Part shown: in pieces, positions 40,863-52,390 of the stretch
Layout: each line of letters starts with the position of its first letter
Position numbering within the stretch: position 1 is the stretch's first letter
DNA from: Syntrophales bacterium
Lineage (GTDB): Bacteria > Desulfobacterota > Syntrophia > Syntrophales > PHBD01
Length of the DNA: 64,000 bases
Direction of reading: 5' to 3'
Assembly: GCA_963668175.1 (NCBI GenBank)
Contig: OY764159.1
Span: forward strand, 3,008,001-3,072,000
Translations under genes and position numbers: made by a program
The notes under the pieces: model-generated
The model's database searches: none
What the model saw: only the letters and a program-made list of their open reading frames with translations
What the model was told of the DNA's origin: nothing

Positions 40863-41558
40863 TTATTGAATATCATCTTTCTTGTGTTTCTTGCTGTGCC
40901 GTTTCAGGGTGTCCAGTATTTTTTCCCGATAAACAAAAGCCGGAACAATGACGACGACACTTGCGACAACAACGATAAACAAAAGCAGGTACTGCTCGCT
41001 GCGCACGCAGTGCCCGCAGACGGAAAGCATCGCCGTTCCCATAAGCCGTCCCACCGTCGAGATTACAAGAAACGTGACGACGGGCATATGACTCAAGCCC
41101 ATGATATAACAGAGATAATCCTTAGGGAATCCCGGGATCACGAAGAGCAGGAAGGAGACAACCGCCCCCTGGTGCTCCATGAAGAGGTCGAATTTCCTGA
41201 TGGCCTCAGGGCTGACGACCTTCTCCACGAACTGCATCCCGAAGAAACGGGAAAGCATGAAGGCCAGCCAGGAGCCTATGGTCAGGCCGATCGTGGAATA
41301 GACGGTCCCCATAACGGGACCGTAAAGGTATCCCCCGATGAGGCCGGTCGCCTCGCCGGGTATGGGCGCGGCGACCACCTGGCCGATTTGCAATATGATG
41401 AAGATGATTCGATCGTACGGATGATAAGCATTGAGGAGCTGTATGGCTTTGTCCCGATCGACGAAATAGACATACCAGCCGTAATGAAAGAAAAGATACG
41501 CCCCCAACGCGACCATGATGACGAAGGACAATATCTTGAGAAAGGGGCGCAGATTCAT
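40863..41558 (-). CDS. TVP38/TMEM64 (DedA superfamily) membrane protein
   Basis: QVVAAPIPGE, GGYLYG, IPGFPKDYLCYIMGLS, GRL. Confidence 0.88.
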   Translation of the reverse strand: MNLRPFLKILSFVIMVALGAYLFFHYGWYVYFVDRDKAIQLLNAYHPYDRIIFIILQIGQVVAAPIPGEATGLIGGYLYGPVMGTVYSTIGLTIGSWLAFMLSRFFGMQFVEKVVSPEAIRKFDLFMEHQGAVVSFLLFVIPGFPKDYLCYIMGLSHMPVVTFLVISTVGRLMGTAMLSVCGHCVRSEQYLLLFIVVVASVVVIVPAFVYREKILDTLKRHSKKHKKDDIQ

Positions 41559-41580
41559 GGGGATGATTCGGCGTATCCGT

Positions 41581-41781
41581 CTATTCCTTCTTGTCTTCCG
41601 GCTTCTTGGCCGCGGGAATCTCTTCCGGCTTCTTATCAGGTTCCTCCATGGCCCGCTTGAACCCCTTTATGGCTTTACCGATGGATCCGCCCAATTCCGG
41701 CAGTTTGCCGGGTCCGAAAACAACCAGGACGATAATCAGGATCACGATCAGATGCATCGGCTGAAAAAGGCCTTCGAACAT
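41581..41781 (-). CDS. tatA: Twin-arginine translocase subunit TatA/E
   Basis: TM segment, then FGPGKLPELGGSIGKAIKGFK amphipathic helix; GGAGG RBS. Confidence 0.92.
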   Translation of the reverse strand: MFEGLFQPMHLIVILIIVLVVFGPGKLPELGGSIGKAIKGFKRAMEEPDKKPEEIPAAKKPEDKKE

Positions 41782-41913
41782 GATCTTTCCTCCCTTGTTT
41801 ATATTTCCTGTTATCCACCCTATAGCAGATACGGCAAGGTGTCAAATAAATATCATCGGAAGGAATGCCGGGGAAAGGGAGGATATAACAAAAGGTTATA
41901 TACTGTCGTGGTG

Positions 41914-42387
41914 TTAGGAACCCAGTCGATGCTCTGCCATATAGGAGCGGATTCTTGCCGCGTGGTCCTTGTCGGCCTCGTTCAACTCCTTGAAAATATC
42001 GTCGATTCTCGCAATCGACTCGCCGCTCATGTATTTCTGGTAATGGATTTCGCCCGCGGTCTCTTCGATATCGACCGCGGCAAGAAAGGCCTCCCGCCTC
42101 GACGGCGGTGTGCTTCGGTATCGTTCGATCAGGGCGCCGATTTTGGCATTGGAGCGTTTAAGCTCCTCCCGCGGTGCGGTAAACAGGCCGGACGGAACCA
42201 GACCTATCGTCAGAAAGAAATCCTTGACGGTGCGAATGAGGGCCGCATGGTTTTTCTCTTCGTCGGCCAATCGATCCCAGAAGTCCGCATCCTCCGGAAA
42301 GGCTTCCTTGAAGAGGGAATAGAGTCTCGCGACATTCTTTTCGAGAAGAACGGCTTCGGCGATAAGTTGTTCCAACTCGTCGTCCAT
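41914..42387 (-). CDS. Ferritin-like / rubrerythrin-family di-iron protein
   Basis: LEKNVARLY, FWDRLADEEKNHA (ExxH), AVDIE, ADKDH. Confidence 0.75.
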   Translation of the reverse strand: MDDELEQLIAEAVLLEKNVARLYSLFKEAFPEDADFWDRLADEEKNHAALIRTVKDFFLTIGLVPSGLFTAPREELKRSNAKIGALIERYRSTPPSRREAFLAAVDIEETAGEIHYQKYMSGESIARIDDIFKELNEADKDHAARIRSYMAEHRLGS

Positions 42388-42407
42388 GGCTCCCGCCTCC
42401 TTCAGCG

Positions 42408-43880
42408 TTACTTCGTTTTCTGTTCACCCTTCCCGTCCGCCGGCGCTTTTCCCGCATCCACGCGATCGCCGTTCAGCACGGACACGTCCCATCCTCCCCC
42501 CAGGGCCTTGATCAGGAGGACCGACGCCGTCTGTCTCTGGCCGGCGATGCCTACTGCCGTCCTTTCGTTCGTCAGGGCGATCGCCTGGGTGGTGATGACG
42601 TTCAGATAACTGACAATGCCCGCCTTATACTGGTTGGCGGTCAGAAGAACCGATTCCCTGGCGGAGGCCACCGCCCGTTCCTGGACATGCCCTTCCTCCT
42701 CCAGGATGCGGAGCGCCGCAAGGTTGTCCTCCACCTGCTGGAAACCCGAGAGAACCGTCTGACGGTACACGGCCACTGTTGCATCATACGAGGCGATAGC
42801 CTGATCCGTCAACGATTTTCGCGCCCCGGCGTCGAAAATCGTCTGCGCGAGCGTCGCCGGCCCCAGGGCCCAGAAGAAGCTGGGCGCCCGGAAAAGATCG
42901 GCCAGGGCCGAGCTCTGGTATCCCGTGGAGGCGCTGAGAGAAAGCGACGGATAGTAGGCCGCCTTCGCCACGCCGATCTGGGCGTTCGCCGCGGCGACTC
43001 TCCGCTCGGCGGCGGCGATATCGGGGCGCCGTTCCAGCATTTCGGAAGGTATGGCCGTAGGAATTTGCGGCAGCGCCATGGCGACGGGCGTTTCCCCGAT
43101 GGATAACTCCGCGGGCGATTTGCCGACGAGGACGGCGATGGCGTGTTCCAGTTGGGCGCGCTCCACGCCGATGTCGATGGCCTGCGCCTGCGTCGTTTCG
43201 AGCTGCGTCTGGGCCGCTGCGACGTCGGCCTTGGCGGCCACGCCCGCCGCGTAGCGGTTTTTCGTAAGCTGAAGGGCCTTCTCGTAGGCCGCAATCGTAT
43301 CCTTATAGAGCTTCGTCTGCGCATCCAGCGTCTTCAATTGGAAATAATTCTGGGCCAGTTGCGCCTGGAGGGAAAGCGTCAGGGCGCGGAGGTCGGCATC
43401 GCTCGCCTGGGCCGAAGCGGACGCCGACTCGACCTGGCGCCGCACCTTCCCCCACAGGTCGATCTCCCAGTTCGCATTGAGTTGCAGCGAATAGCTGGTG
43501 GTCGTCTCCTGGGGCGATGTGGCGGTCGCCGGTCCCCGGGAACGGCTGGCGGCTGCCGCGCCGCCCAGCGTGGGGAAGTAGTTCGCCCTTGCCCCCCGGA
43601 CAATAGCCTGGGCCTGGCGGAACTGCGCCTCCGCCTGGGCCAGGGACTGGTTGGAGACAGTCACCTGCTCCTCGAGGGCGTTCAGTTGCGGATCGTTGAA
43701 GACCTTCCACCAGTCCGAGGATATTCTTCCGTCGCGGGGCGTCGCCTCTTTCCAGTTCTTCGCCTCTTTGAAGGCCCCGGGAACGTCCACCGGGGGACGG
43801 GTATAGTCCGGCCCCACCGCGCAGGCGGAAAGGGCTGCCAGGGTCATAAACAGGGCATATCGCAGGAACGTCTTCGTCAC
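42408..43880 (-). CDS. RND efflux outer-membrane lipoprotein (NodT/OprM family)
   Basis: Lipobox [32 protein letters not shown]. Confidence 0.93.
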   Translation of the reverse strand: MTKTFLRYALFMTLAALSACAVGPDYTRPPVDVPGAFKEAKNWKEATPRDGRISSDWWKVFNDPQLNALEEQVTVSNQSLAQAEAQFRQAQAIVRGARANYFPTLGGAAAASRSRGPATATSPQETTTSYSLQLNANWEIDLWGKVRRQVESASASAQASDADLRALTLSLQAQLAQNYFQLKTLDAQTKLYKDTIAAYEKALQLTKNRYAAGVAAKADVAAAQTQLETTQAQAIDIGVERAQLEHAIAVLVGKSPAELSIGETPVAMALPQIPTAIPSEMLERRPDIAAAERRVAAANAQIGVAKAAYYPSLSLSASTGYQSSALADLFRAPSFFWALGPATLAQTIFDAGARKSLTDQAIASYDATVAVYRQTVLSGFQQVEDNLAALRILEEEGHVQERAVASARESVLLTANQYKAGIVSYLNVITTQAIALTNERTAVGIAGQRQTASVLLIKALGGGWDVSVLNGDRVDAGKAPADGKGEQKTK

Positions 43881-46800
43881 GGTCGGATTCCTCCAGGTTC
43901 GCCTACGGCGAGTTTATGGTTACGGCCCTTTCGGCCGAAAACGGACAGGCAGAAAAGCCGAAAGCGGTCCAGATACAGGTAGACCACCGGCGTCGTGTAC
44001 AGGGTGAGCATCTGGCTCACGATCAGGCCGCCGACGATGGAAATACCCAGGGGGCGGCGCAGTTCCGAACCTTCCCCCGAACCGATCATGAGCGGGACCG
44101 CCCCGAGCAGCGCCGCCAGGGTGGTCATCATGATCGGCCGGAAGCGGATCAGGCAGGCCTCGTAAATGGCCTCCTGCGGCGGTTTTCCCTGCTTCCTCTC
44201 CACGTCGAGGGCGAAGTCGATCATCATGATGGCGTTCTTCTTGACGATGCCGATGAGGAGGATGACGCCGATCAGGGCCATGATGCTGAATTCCGTCCGG
44301 AAAAGCAAGAGGGCCAGCAGCGCGCCGACACCTGCCGAGGGCAGCGTGGAGAGAATCGTGACCGGATGGACGTAGCTTTCATAGAGGATGCCGAGGACGA
44401 TGTAAATGCTGACAAGGGCCGCGAGAATAAGCCAGGGCTGGCTCTCCAAGGACGTCTGGAACGTCCGGGCAGTCCCCTGGAAGCTCCCCCGGATGGAATC
44501 GGGCACGCCGATCCGGTTCATCATGTCGCCGATAGCCGCCGTCGCATGGGAAAGAGATACGTTGGGCGGCAGGTTGAAGGAGATCGTCGATGCGGCAAAC
44601 TGCCCCTGGTGGTTGACCTGGAGGGGCGTATTGCTGAGGTCGTAGGAGGCGAACGTCCTGAGGGGCACCTGGGCGCCCGCCGTCAGGAGCGTGGAAGCGG
44701 GCACGGTCACATACACGTTCTGAAGGGCCTCGGCGCTTTCCGAATAGCGGGGGGCCACTTCCATGACGACCCGGTACTGGTTGAGGGGGTTGTAGATCGT
44801 CGATATCTGGCGCTGGCCGAAGGAGTCGTACAGGGTGGCGTCGACGAGGGCCGCCGTCGCCCCCAGGCGCGACGCCGCTTCCCGGTCGATAGTCACGGCC
44901 GTCTGCAGCGCCCGGTCCTGCTCGTCGGTGTTGACGTCCACCAGTTCCGGCAGCTGCCCCATGGCCTCCCGTATCTTCTTCTCCCAGAACCGCAGTTCCG
45001 TGAGATCGTCGCTCTGAATGGTGTATTGGTAAAGGGCGCCCCCGGCGCGTCCGCCCACGCGGATATCCTGCGCCGGCTGCAGGAAGAGGCGGGCTCCCGG
45101 CTCCCGGGCGAGTTTCGGACGGAGCCGAGCCATGACCCGGTCCACGTTGACCTTCCTTTCCTTAAGGGGCTTCAGGGTAACGAACATGTAGCCGGCGTTC
45201 GTCTGGCCGCCGCCGATGAAGCCGGCAGCGCTCTCCACGGCCGGGTCCTGCCGGATGATCGTCATGATGTTGACCAGCTTCTGCTGCATCGCCTTGAAGG
45301 AGATGTTTTGATCGGCCTGGATCATGCCCATCAGCCTCCCGATGTCCTGCTGCGGGAAGAATCCTTTCGGAATCGTCGCATAGAGATAAAAGTTCAGGCA
45401 TACCGTGAGAAGAAGGACAACCATCGTGAAGCGGCTGTGACGAAGCGCCCAGTTGAGGGAACGCTCGTACCGGCTGTGCATCCAGTTAAAGACATGTTCG
45501 CTGATGCGGTTGAACCGGCCGGTCTTTTTCTCCTCTTTTGCCTTGAGTAAACGGGCGCACATCATCGGTGTCGTCGTCAGGGAAACGACGAGGGAAACGA
45601 GGACCGCCGCCGAGAGCGTGACGGCGAATTCGCGGAATATCCGGCCGATGACGCCCCCCATGAGGAGGATCGGGATGAAGACCGCAACCAGGGAAAGGCT
45701 CATGGAGAGCACTGTGAAGCCCACCTCGCGGGCTCCCTGAAGCGCGGCCCGGAAGGGCTTCATGCCCGCCTCGATGTGGCGGGAGATATTCTCCAGGACG
45801 ACGATCGCGTCGTCGACGACAAATCCCGTGGCCACGGTCAGCGCCATGAGGGACAGGTTGTCTATGCTGTAGTCGGCAAGATACATGACTCCGAAGGTGC
45901 CAACAAGGGACACGGGCACCGCCACGCTGGGAATCAACGTGGACCTGAAATTGCGCAGAAAGAGAAAGACGACCATGATGACGAGGCCGATGGCGATCAC
46001 CAGGGTCCGCTCGACCTCGTTCAGGGAGGCGCGGATGCTGGGCGTGCGGTCCATGGCCACCGTGATCTTGATGGCGGCGGGCACCGAGGCCCGGAGTTGT
46101 TCCAGCTGTTCCTTGATGCTGTTGATGGTCTCGATAACATTGGCGCCCGGCTGCTTGGTGATGATGAGAAGAACCGCCTGTTTGGCGTCGTACAAACCTT
46201 CGTTGCGGATGTCCTGGACGGAGTCGACAACCTCCCCGAGATCGCCCAGGCGGATGGCGGCCCCCTTCTGGTACGTGACGATCACCGGGATATAGTCCTT
46301 CGCCCGCTTGGCCTGGTCGTTGGCGTAGATCTGCCAGTGGCGCTCGTTGTCTTCGAGGGAGCCCTTGGGCCGGTTGACGTTGGCGGCGGCGACAGCCAGC
46401 CGGACGGACTCCAAGCCGATGCCGTACTGGTTGAGGCGCGTGGGGTTGAGCTCGATACGGACCGCCGGGAGCGAACTTCCGCCCACGTTGACCTGGCCGA
46501 CGCCCTTCACCTGGGAGAGCTTCTGGGCCAGCATCGTCGAGGCCACATCGTACATCTGGCCGCGGGTCATCGTGTCGGACGTCATGGCGAGGATCATGAT
46601 CGGCGCATCGGCCGGATTGACCTTCCGGTAGGTCGGGTTGTTCGGCAAACCGGACGGCAGGAGGCTCCTGGAGGCGTTGATCGCCGCCTGCACGTCCCGG
46701 GCGGCCCCGTCGATGTTGCGGTCCAGGTCGAACTGGAGCGTGACGCGCGAGTTCCCCAGGGTGCTGACGGACGTCATCTCCGTGACGCCGGCGATGCGCC

Positions 46801-47014
46801 CGAGCGAGCGCTCCAGGGGCGTCGCCACCGTCGCGGCCATGGTCTCCGGGCTTGCCCCCGGCATGGAGGCGTTTACCGATATGGTCGGGAAATCGACCTG
46901 GGGTAACGGCGCCACGGGCAGGAAGATCAAGGCGACGGCGCCGGCCAGGAGAACGCCGACCGTGAGCAGGGTCGTCGCTACGGGCCTGCGGATGAAGGGC
47001 GTGGATACACTCAT
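43877..47014 (-). CDS. mdtC: RND efflux permease MdtC-like
   Basis: [43 protein letters not shown]; second of two tandem RND genes. Confidence 0.88.
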   Translation of the reverse strand: MSVSTPFIRRPVATTLLTVGVLLAGAVALIFLPVAPLPQVDFPTISVNASMPGASPETMAATVATPLERSLGRIAGVTEMTSVSTLGNSRVTLQFDLDRNIDGAARDVQAAINASRSLLPSGLPNNPTYRKVNPADAPIMILAMTSDTMTRGQMYDVASTMLAQKLSQVKGVGQVNVGGSSLPAVRIELNPTRLNQYGIGLESVRLAVAAANVNRPKGSLEDNERHWQIYANDQAKRAKDYIPVIVTYQKGAAIRLGDLGEVVDSVQDIRNEGLYDAKQAVLLIITKQPGANVIETINSIKEQLEQLRASVPAAIKITVAMDRTPSIRASLNEVERTLVIAIGLVIMVVFLFLRNFRSTLIPSVAVPVSLVGTFGVMYLADYSIDNLSLMALTVATGFVVDDAIVVLENISRHIEAGMKPFRAALQGAREVGFTVLSMSLSLVAVFIPILLMGGVIGRIFREFAVTLSAAVLVSLVVSLTTTPMMCARLLKAKEEKKTGRFNRISEHVFNWMHSRYERSLNWALRHSRFTMVVLLLTVCLNFYLYATIPKGFFPQQDIGRLMGMIQADQNISFKAMQQKLVNIMTIIRQDPAVESAAGFIGGGQTNAGYMFVTLKPLKERKVNVDRVMARLRPKLAREPGARLFLQPAQDIRVGGRAGGALYQYTIQSDDLTELRFWEKKIREAMGQLPELVDVNTDEQDRALQTAVTIDREAASRLGATAALVDATLYDSFGQRQISTIYNPLNQYRVVMEVAPRYSESAEALQNVYVTVPASTLLTAGAQVPLRTFASYDLSNTPLQVNHQGQFAASTISFNLPPNVSLSHATAAIGDMMNRIGVPDSIRGSFQGTARTFQTSLESQPWLILAALVSIYIVLGILYESYVHPVTILSTLPSAGVGALLALLLFRTEFSIMALIGVILLIGIVKKNAIMMIDFALDVERKQGKPPQEAIYEACLIRFRPIMMTTLAALLGAVPLMIGSGEGSELRRPLGISIVGGLIVSQMLTLYTTPVVYLYLDRFRLFCLSVFGRKGRNHKLAVGEPGGIRP

Positions 47015-50000
47015 GCAACCCTCCCTTCTTCGTCGCCGTCTTCGTCAACGGGATTGAACGGCGATTCGAAGCGCCGGCTGAGGCGGTCGAAGGCCAGGTA
47101 GATGACCGGCGTGGTGAAGAGCGTGAGAATCTGGCTTAAGATGAGCCCCCCGACCATCGTGATCCCCAGGGGATGGCGCAGTTCCGAACCGACGCCCGTA
47201 CCCACCATCAGCGGCAGGGCGCCAAGCAGCGCCGACATGGTCGTCATGAGGATCGGACGGAAACGGAGCAGGCAGGCCTGGAAGATGGCCTCGCGGGGCG
47301 GTTTGCCCTCCTTGCGTTCCAAATCGAGGGCGAAGTCGATCATCATGATGGCGTTCTTCTTGACGATGCCGATCAGAAGGACGATCCCGATGATGCCGAT
47401 GATGCCGAGATCGGTCCTTGAGATCATGAGGGCAAGCAGAGCCCCGACCCCCGCCGACGGCAGGGTCGAGAGGATCGTGATCGGATGGATGTAACTCTCG
47501 TAAAGGATGCCGAGGACGATGTAAACGGCCACGATGGCGGCGAGGATCAGAAGGAGCGTGCTCGTCAGGGAGGCGCGGAACGCCAGGGCGGCGCCCTGGA
47601 AGCCGGTCTTGATGCTTACGGGCATGCCGATCTCCCGTTCGGTCTTTTCGATAACGTCGACGGCGTCGCCCAGGGAGACGCCGTCCGCCAGGTTGAAGGA
47701 GATCGTCGCCGCGGGAAACTGGCCGATATGGTTGACGACGAGGTTCGTCGGCTTCTCCTGGACCGAAACGATCGAGCTTAGGGGCAGTTGGGTCCCCGCC
47801 GTCGAGGCGACATAGAGATCGTTCAGGGAGGAAAGGCCCTTTTTGTATTCGGGCTGCACCTCCAGGACGACACGGTACTGGTTAGATTGGGTGAAGATCG
47901 TGGAGACAAGCCTCTGGCCGAAGGCGTCGTACAGGATGTTGTCGATGGCGGCCATCGTCACGCCCATACGCCCGGCGGCGTCGCGGTCGACGGCGACGTA
48001 GGCCTGGAGTCCCTTGTCCTGCAGGTCGCTTGCCACGTCGGCCAGTTGCGGCAGGCGGACGAGCTTGTCCACGAGCAGGCCGTTCCAGCGGCTGAGCTCC
48101 TCGGAATCGGCGGTCTCCATGGTGAACTGATACTGCGTGCGGCTCACCCGGTCTTCGATGGTAAGGTCCTGAACGGGCTGCATATAGAGGGCGATGCCTT
48201 CAACGCCCGCGAGCTTCTTCTGCAGGCGGCGGATCACCCCCATGGCGTCGAGGTTGCGTTCGTGCTTCGGTTTGAGATTGATGAGCATGCGCCCGCTATT
48301 GAGCGTCACGTTGGTCCCGTCGACGCCGATGAACGACGACAGGCTCTCGACGGCCGGGTCCTGAAGGATGACTTTGGCGAGGGCCTGCTGCCGCTCCGCC
48401 ATCGCCGGGAAGGAGATGGACTGCGGGGCTTCCGATATGCCCTGGATCATCCCTGTATCCTGGACGGGGAAGAAGCCCTTGGGGATGAAGACATAGAGCA
48501 GGACCGTGAGGATCAGGGTGCCGATGGCGACGATCAGGGTCGAGCGCTGGTGGTCGAGAACCCAGTTGAGCATCTCGCCGTAACGGGCGATGACCCGCTC
48601 GAAGAAGAGGCCGCTCGCGTGATAGAAGCGCCCCTGCTTCTCCTCGGGCACGTGGTGCAGCAATTTAGCGCACATCATGGGCGTCAGCGTCAGAGACACC
48701 ACGGCGGAGATGAGGATCGACACAGCCAGGGTGATGGCGAATTCGCGGAAGAGACGGCCGACGACCTCTCCCATGAAAAGAAGCGGAATCAGGACCGCGA
48801 CGAGGGAAAAGGTCAGGGAGATGATCGTGAAGCCGATCTGCTCCGAGCCCTTGATTGCCGCCTCCAGGGGCGGATCGCCTCTCTCGATGTAGCGGGCGAT
48901 GTTTTCGATGACGACGATGGCGTCGTCCACGACGAAACCCGTGGATATCGTGAGGGCCATGAGCGTCAGGTTGTTGATGCTGAACCCCGCGAGATACATG
49001 ACGCCGAAGGTGCCCACGAGGGAGAGCGGGACGGCGACGCTTGGAATCACCGTGGCCGACAGGTTGCGCAGGAAGAGGAAGATCACCATAACGACGAGCG
49101 CCACGGCGAGGATCAGTTCGAACTGGACATCCTGGACGGAGGCACGGATCGTCGTCGTCCGGTCCGACAGGAGCGTGATGTCCACGGAAGCCGGGATGGA
49201 CGCCCGCAGCTGCGGCATGACGCGCTTGATCCGGTCCACGACCTCGATCACGTTGGCGCCGGGCTGGCGCTGGATGTTGACGATGACGGCGGGGACGTCG
49301 TTATACCATGCGGCCAGGCGGACGTTCTCCGCATCGTCGCGGAGGACCGCGACGTCCGACAGGCGGATGGGGGCGCCGTTACGGTAGGCGACGACGAGGC
49401 GCTCGTAATCGGTCGCCGACTTGAGCTGGTCGTTCGCGTCGATCAGGGACGCACGGGACGGCCCGTCGAAGCTCCCTTTCGCCTGGTTGACATTGGCCGT
49501 ATTGATGACCGTGCGCAGGTCTTCGAGGGTCAGTTTATAGGAGGCCAGCGCCCGGGGATTCGCCTGGATGCGGACCGCCGGCCGCTGCCCGCCGCTGATG
49601 CTGACAAGCCCCACCCCCGGAAGCTGCGATATCTTCTGCGCGAGGCGCGTATCGACGAGGTCCTGGACCTTGGGCAGCGACAGCGTCTTGGACGTCACGG
49701 CCAGGGTCAGGATCGGCGCATCGGCCGGGTTGACCTTGCTGTAGATCGGCGGCATGGGCAGATCGGTGGGCAGAAGGTTGCTCGCCGCGTTGATCGCCGC
49801 TTGCACCTCTTGCTCGGCCACGTCGAGATCGAGGCTGAGTGCGAATTGCAGGGTAATGACCGACGCCCCCCCGGAACTCGTGGAGGACATGCGGTTCAAG
49901 CCCGGCATCTGTCCGAACTGGCGCTCCAGGGGCGCCGTGATGGAGGATGTGATGACTTCGGGGCTGGCGCCCGGATACAGGGTGACGACCTGGATGGTCG

Positions 50001-50127
50001 GATAATCCACCTGCGGCAGGGCCGAAATCGACAGCACCTTGTAGGCGATAAGGCCCGACAGGAAGATGGCCGCCATGAAGAGGGATGTGGCTACAGGTCT
50101 CAGGATGAAAGGTCGCGAGGGGTTCAT
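47011..50127 (-). CDS. mdtB: RND efflux permease MdtB-like
   Basis: [47 protein letters not shown]. Confidence 0.9.
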   Translation of the reverse strand: MNPSRPFILRPVATSLFMAAIFLSGLIAYKVLSISALPQVDYPTIQVVTLYPGASPEVITSSITAPLERQFGQMPGLNRMSSTSSGGASVITLQFALSLDLDVAEQEVQAAINAASNLLPTDLPMPPIYSKVNPADAPILTLAVTSKTLSLPKVQDLVDTRLAQKISQLPGVGLVSISGGQRPAVRIQANPRALASYKLTLEDLRTVINTANVNQAKGSFDGPSRASLIDANDQLKSATDYERLVVAYRNGAPIRLSDVAVLRDDAENVRLAAWYNDVPAVIVNIQRQPGANVIEVVDRIKRVMPQLRASIPASVDITLLSDRTTTIRASVQDVQFELILAVALVVMVIFLFLRNLSATVIPSVAVPLSLVGTFGVMYLAGFSINNLTLMALTISTGFVVDDAIVVIENIARYIERGDPPLEAAIKGSEQIGFTIISLTFSLVAVLIPLLFMGEVVGRLFREFAITLAVSILISAVVSLTLTPMMCAKLLHHVPEEKQGRFYHASGLFFERVIARYGEMLNWVLDHQRSTLIVAIGTLILTVLLYVFIPKGFFPVQDTGMIQGISEAPQSISFPAMAERQQALAKVILQDPAVESLSSFIGVDGTNVTLNSGRMLINLKPKHERNLDAMGVIRRLQKKLAGVEGIALYMQPVQDLTIEDRVSRTQYQFTMETADSEELSRWNGLLVDKLVRLPQLADVASDLQDKGLQAYVAVDRDAAGRMGVTMAAIDNILYDAFGQRLVSTIFTQSNQYRVVLEVQPEYKKGLSSLNDLYVASTAGTQLPLSSIVSVQEKPTNLVVNHIGQFPAATISFNLADGVSLGDAVDVIEKTEREIGMPVSIKTGFQGAALAFRASLTSTLLLILAAIVAVYIVLGILYESYIHPITILSTLPSAGVGALLALMISRTDLGIIGIIGIVLLIGIVKKNAIMMIDFALDLERKEGKPPREAIFQACLLRFRPILMTTMSALLGALPLMVGTGVGSELRHPLGITMVGGLILSQILTLFTTPVIYLAFDRLSRRFESPFNPVDEDGDEEGRVA

Positions 50128-50181
50128 AGGTCAGCACCTGTTGCGGCAAAGGCGGCCGCGGAATCGTTCATTCAATAGTCT

Positions 50182-51450
50182 TCAGCGTTTCTCCTTGCGG
50201 GCTCCGTCCCGGGGCCTTTTTCCGCCCTGGGCCGATGCACCTGCCGCGCCGTCGCCCGTGACCGTTTCCACTTTAGTGCCCTCCCGCAGCTTGTCCCCGC
50301 CGACGACGACAACCCATTCCCCCGGGGCAAGACCGGCCGTGACGGCCACATTCTCGCCCTCTGCGGGTCCGAGCGTCACCTGGCGGACGGCAATGCTCTT
50401 GTCCTCTTTAACGATATAGACAAAAGTGCCGATGGAACCCCGCTGAATCGCGGCAGTAGGCATGACGGTCGCGCCCTCAAGCGTATCGATCTTCATGACG
50501 ATGTTGACGAACTGGTTGGCGAATAGCTCGTTTTTCTTGTTTTCAAACCGGGCCTTCATCTTGATGGTGCCCGTTGTGGTGTCTATCTGGTTGTCGACGG
50601 CCAGCAGCGTCCCCTCGGCGATCTGCGTCTTGCCGTCCTGGCTCCAGGCGGAGACGGGGATCTCATCCCCGGATCTTACCCGTTTCATGATTGCGGGCAG
50701 ATTGTCCTGGGGCACGGAGAAGACGACGTTGATGGGCTGAAGCTGCGTGACCACGGCGATTCCGGTCGAGTCGTTCGCCTGGACCATGTTTCCGGGGTCC
50801 ACAAGCCTGAGGCCGATGCGCCCCGATATGGGCGAAACGATGCGCGAGTAGGTGAGCTGCAATTTGGCGTTGGCGACCTGCCCCCGGTCGGTCTTCACGG
50901 CCCCCCGGTATTGCTGGACGAGCGATTCCTGGGTTGTCACCTGCTGATCGGCGATGGAATCCTGCGACAGAAGCAGTTTGTAGCGTGCCAGATCGCCCTC
51001 GGCGTTTTTCAGGAGGGATTCGTCGCGGGCCAGTTGGCCTTCCGCCTGCATGAGCTGGACTTCAAAGGGACGGGGGTCGATCTCGGCCAGAAGCGTGCCG
51101 GCCTTGACGATCTGTCCTTCATTATAATGGACCCTGAGGAGCTGGCCGCTGACCTGGCATTTCACGGTGACCGTATAGACCGGCGTTACGGTGCCCAGGG
51201 CCCGCAGGTTGACATTCATATCGGCCTTCAGGGCCTGTTTGGCCGTAACCGGCAGGGGGCGCTGCCCTTCCGCCATGCCCTTCCGGTCCGCCCCGTTCTG
51301 AGCCGGTTTTAAAACACCGATATAGATAACGGCGGCCGCTCCCGCGACGATCAGGAGCCAGAGCCACCATCGCCTCTTCAGGTGTGACAGGATGCCCGCC
51401 GTCCTGCGGGGTTTTTCGGCTTCCGTTCCTGGCTGTGTGTCCATGTCCAC
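50182..51450 (-). CDS. mdtA: RND periplasmic adaptor MdtA-like
   Basis: N-terminal TM, ALGTVTP, EIDPRPF, SPISGRIGLRLVDPG, DNQIDTTTGTIK. Start GTG 51450 or ATG 51444. Confidence 0.9.
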   Translation of the reverse strand: MDMDTQPGTEAEKPRRTAGILSHLKRRWWLWLLIVAGAAAVIYIGVLKPAQNGADRKGMAEGQRPLPVTAKQALKADMNVNLRALGTVTPVYTVTVKCQVSGQLLRVHYNEGQIVKAGTLLAEIDPRPFEVQLMQAEGQLARDESLLKNAEGDLARYKLLLSQDSIADQQVTTQESLVQQYRGAVKTDRGQVANAKLQLTYSRIVSPISGRIGLRLVDPGNMVQANDSTGIAVVTQLQPINVVFSVPQDNLPAIMKRVRSGDEIPVSAWSQDGKTQIAEGTLLAVDNQIDTTTGTIKMKARFENKKNELFANQFVNIVMKIDTLEGATVMPTAAIQRGSIGTFVYIVKEDKSIAVRQVTLGPAEGENVAVTAGLAPGEWVVVVGGDKLREGTKVETVTGDGAAGASAQGGKRPRDGARKEKR

Positions 51451-51542
51451 GCTCGTTCCCCCTCCTGCACGATATTAAAATACCATATATAGCGCTGTCT
51501 GCGCCTTTCCGCCCGGGACATGTCCGGGACAGACGACCCTAT

Positions 51543-51566
51543 ACTCCGGGCATCGCTTTTTTGCAA
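51543..51566 (-). promoter_or_regulatory. Possible sigma70 promoter upstream of mdtA
   Basis: Minus strand TTGCAA-N17-TATAGG (the -10 hexamer extends to 51538). Confidence 0.4.
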
Positions 51567-51639
51567 GGCGCCTCACCGTGACGCCCTTCCGGACAGTATC
51601 GGCCCATCGGTGTTTCCCGTCATGATGGGAGCAGAATGA

Positions 51640-51655
51640 AGCAAACGCCATGCCA
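51640..51655 (-). promoter_or_regulatory. sigma54 (-24/-12) promoter facing mdtA
   Basis: Minus strand TGGCATGGCGTTTGCT matches TGGCAYRNNNNTTGCW with exact GG-N10-GC spacing. Confidence 0.75.
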
Positions 51656-51723
51656 TCCGGTCCGCCTCATTTGCAAGTACACGATTATATAGCATAGATG
51701 ATCCGGGAAGCCAAGAAGACGCT

Positions 51724-51792
51724 TGGATATATAGGTTCCATAGATGGATAAAGAGTATCCACCGCGGTATCCACCTGCGTAGAATGTATCCA
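51724..51792. promoter_or_regulatory. Tandem inverted repeats, candidate upstream activator sequence
   Basis: TGGA-N9-TCCA at 51724-51740 and 51745-51761 (21-bp period), plus extra TATCCA at 51768 and 51787. Confidence 0.55.
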
Positions 51793-51853
51793 GTCATGCC
51801 TTGGTTCCCCGCGCCATAAACGCTGCTGCGCTTCTCTTCTCAATATTACCGCC

Positions 51854-51882
51854 TTGACAAGAAACGGTTTCTCCATTATACT
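51854..51882 (+). promoter_or_regulatory. sigma70 promoter of the marR-molybdoenzyme operon
   Basis: TTGACA-N17-TATACT, followed by palindromes ATACTAGTAT and TGGCATGCCA (candidate MarR operator). Confidence 0.8.
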
Positions 51883-51924
51883 CGCATACTAGTATATGGC
51901 ATGCCAAATTATTGCAGGCGAGCA

Positions 51925-52344
51925 ATGGACTCTCAAGCGTGCATCTTCTTCAATCTCTCCAAGGCCAACCAGGCGGCCCTGCGCTTTCTCGCGCAGAAGG
52001 TCGCGGAGCTCCATATTACGCCCGTGCAGGCCATGGTCCTCGGGTTTCTCCACCGCGGCGACCGCGTTACGTCGAGCGCCCTCGGAAAGATGACGGAACT
52101 GGACAGCGCCACCCTGACGGGCATCCTCGACCGCCTGGAGACCGCCGGGCACATCAGGCGTCATATGCATCCCCATGACCGGCGCTCCATCGAAATCCAT
52201 CTGACACCGGAAGGAAAAGAACTGGCCGCGTTGTCCGTCGGGGCCATCGACGAGGCGAACCGTGAATTCCTGGCGGCTTTCACTCCGGCCGACCGGAGCG
52301 GGCTTCTGGAGTTGCTCGGAAAATTGCGGGACAAGTCGCCGTAA
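51925..52344 (+). CDS. MarR-family transcriptional regulator
   Basis: ITPVQ, LDSATLTGILDRLE..GHIRR, DRRSIEIHLTPEG. Start set at MDSQA; 51901 also possible. Confidence 0.92.
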   Translation: MDSQACIFFNLSKANQAALRFLAQKVAELHITPVQAMVLGFLHRGDRVTSSALGKMTELDSATLTGILDRLETAGHIRRHMHPHDRRSIEIHLTPEGKELAALSVGAIDEANREFLAAFTPADRSGLLELLGKLRDKSP

Positions 52345-52390
52345 GAGAATATATCTTTTATAACATCGCTTTAAGAAAAGGGGGTCTTCT

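Noticed and set aside
51722..51795. TATCCA cluster as DnaA boxes or a replication origin
   Set aside because: At best 7/9 matches to TTATCCACA, no dnaA or unwinding-element context; geometry fits a sigma54 enhancer better.
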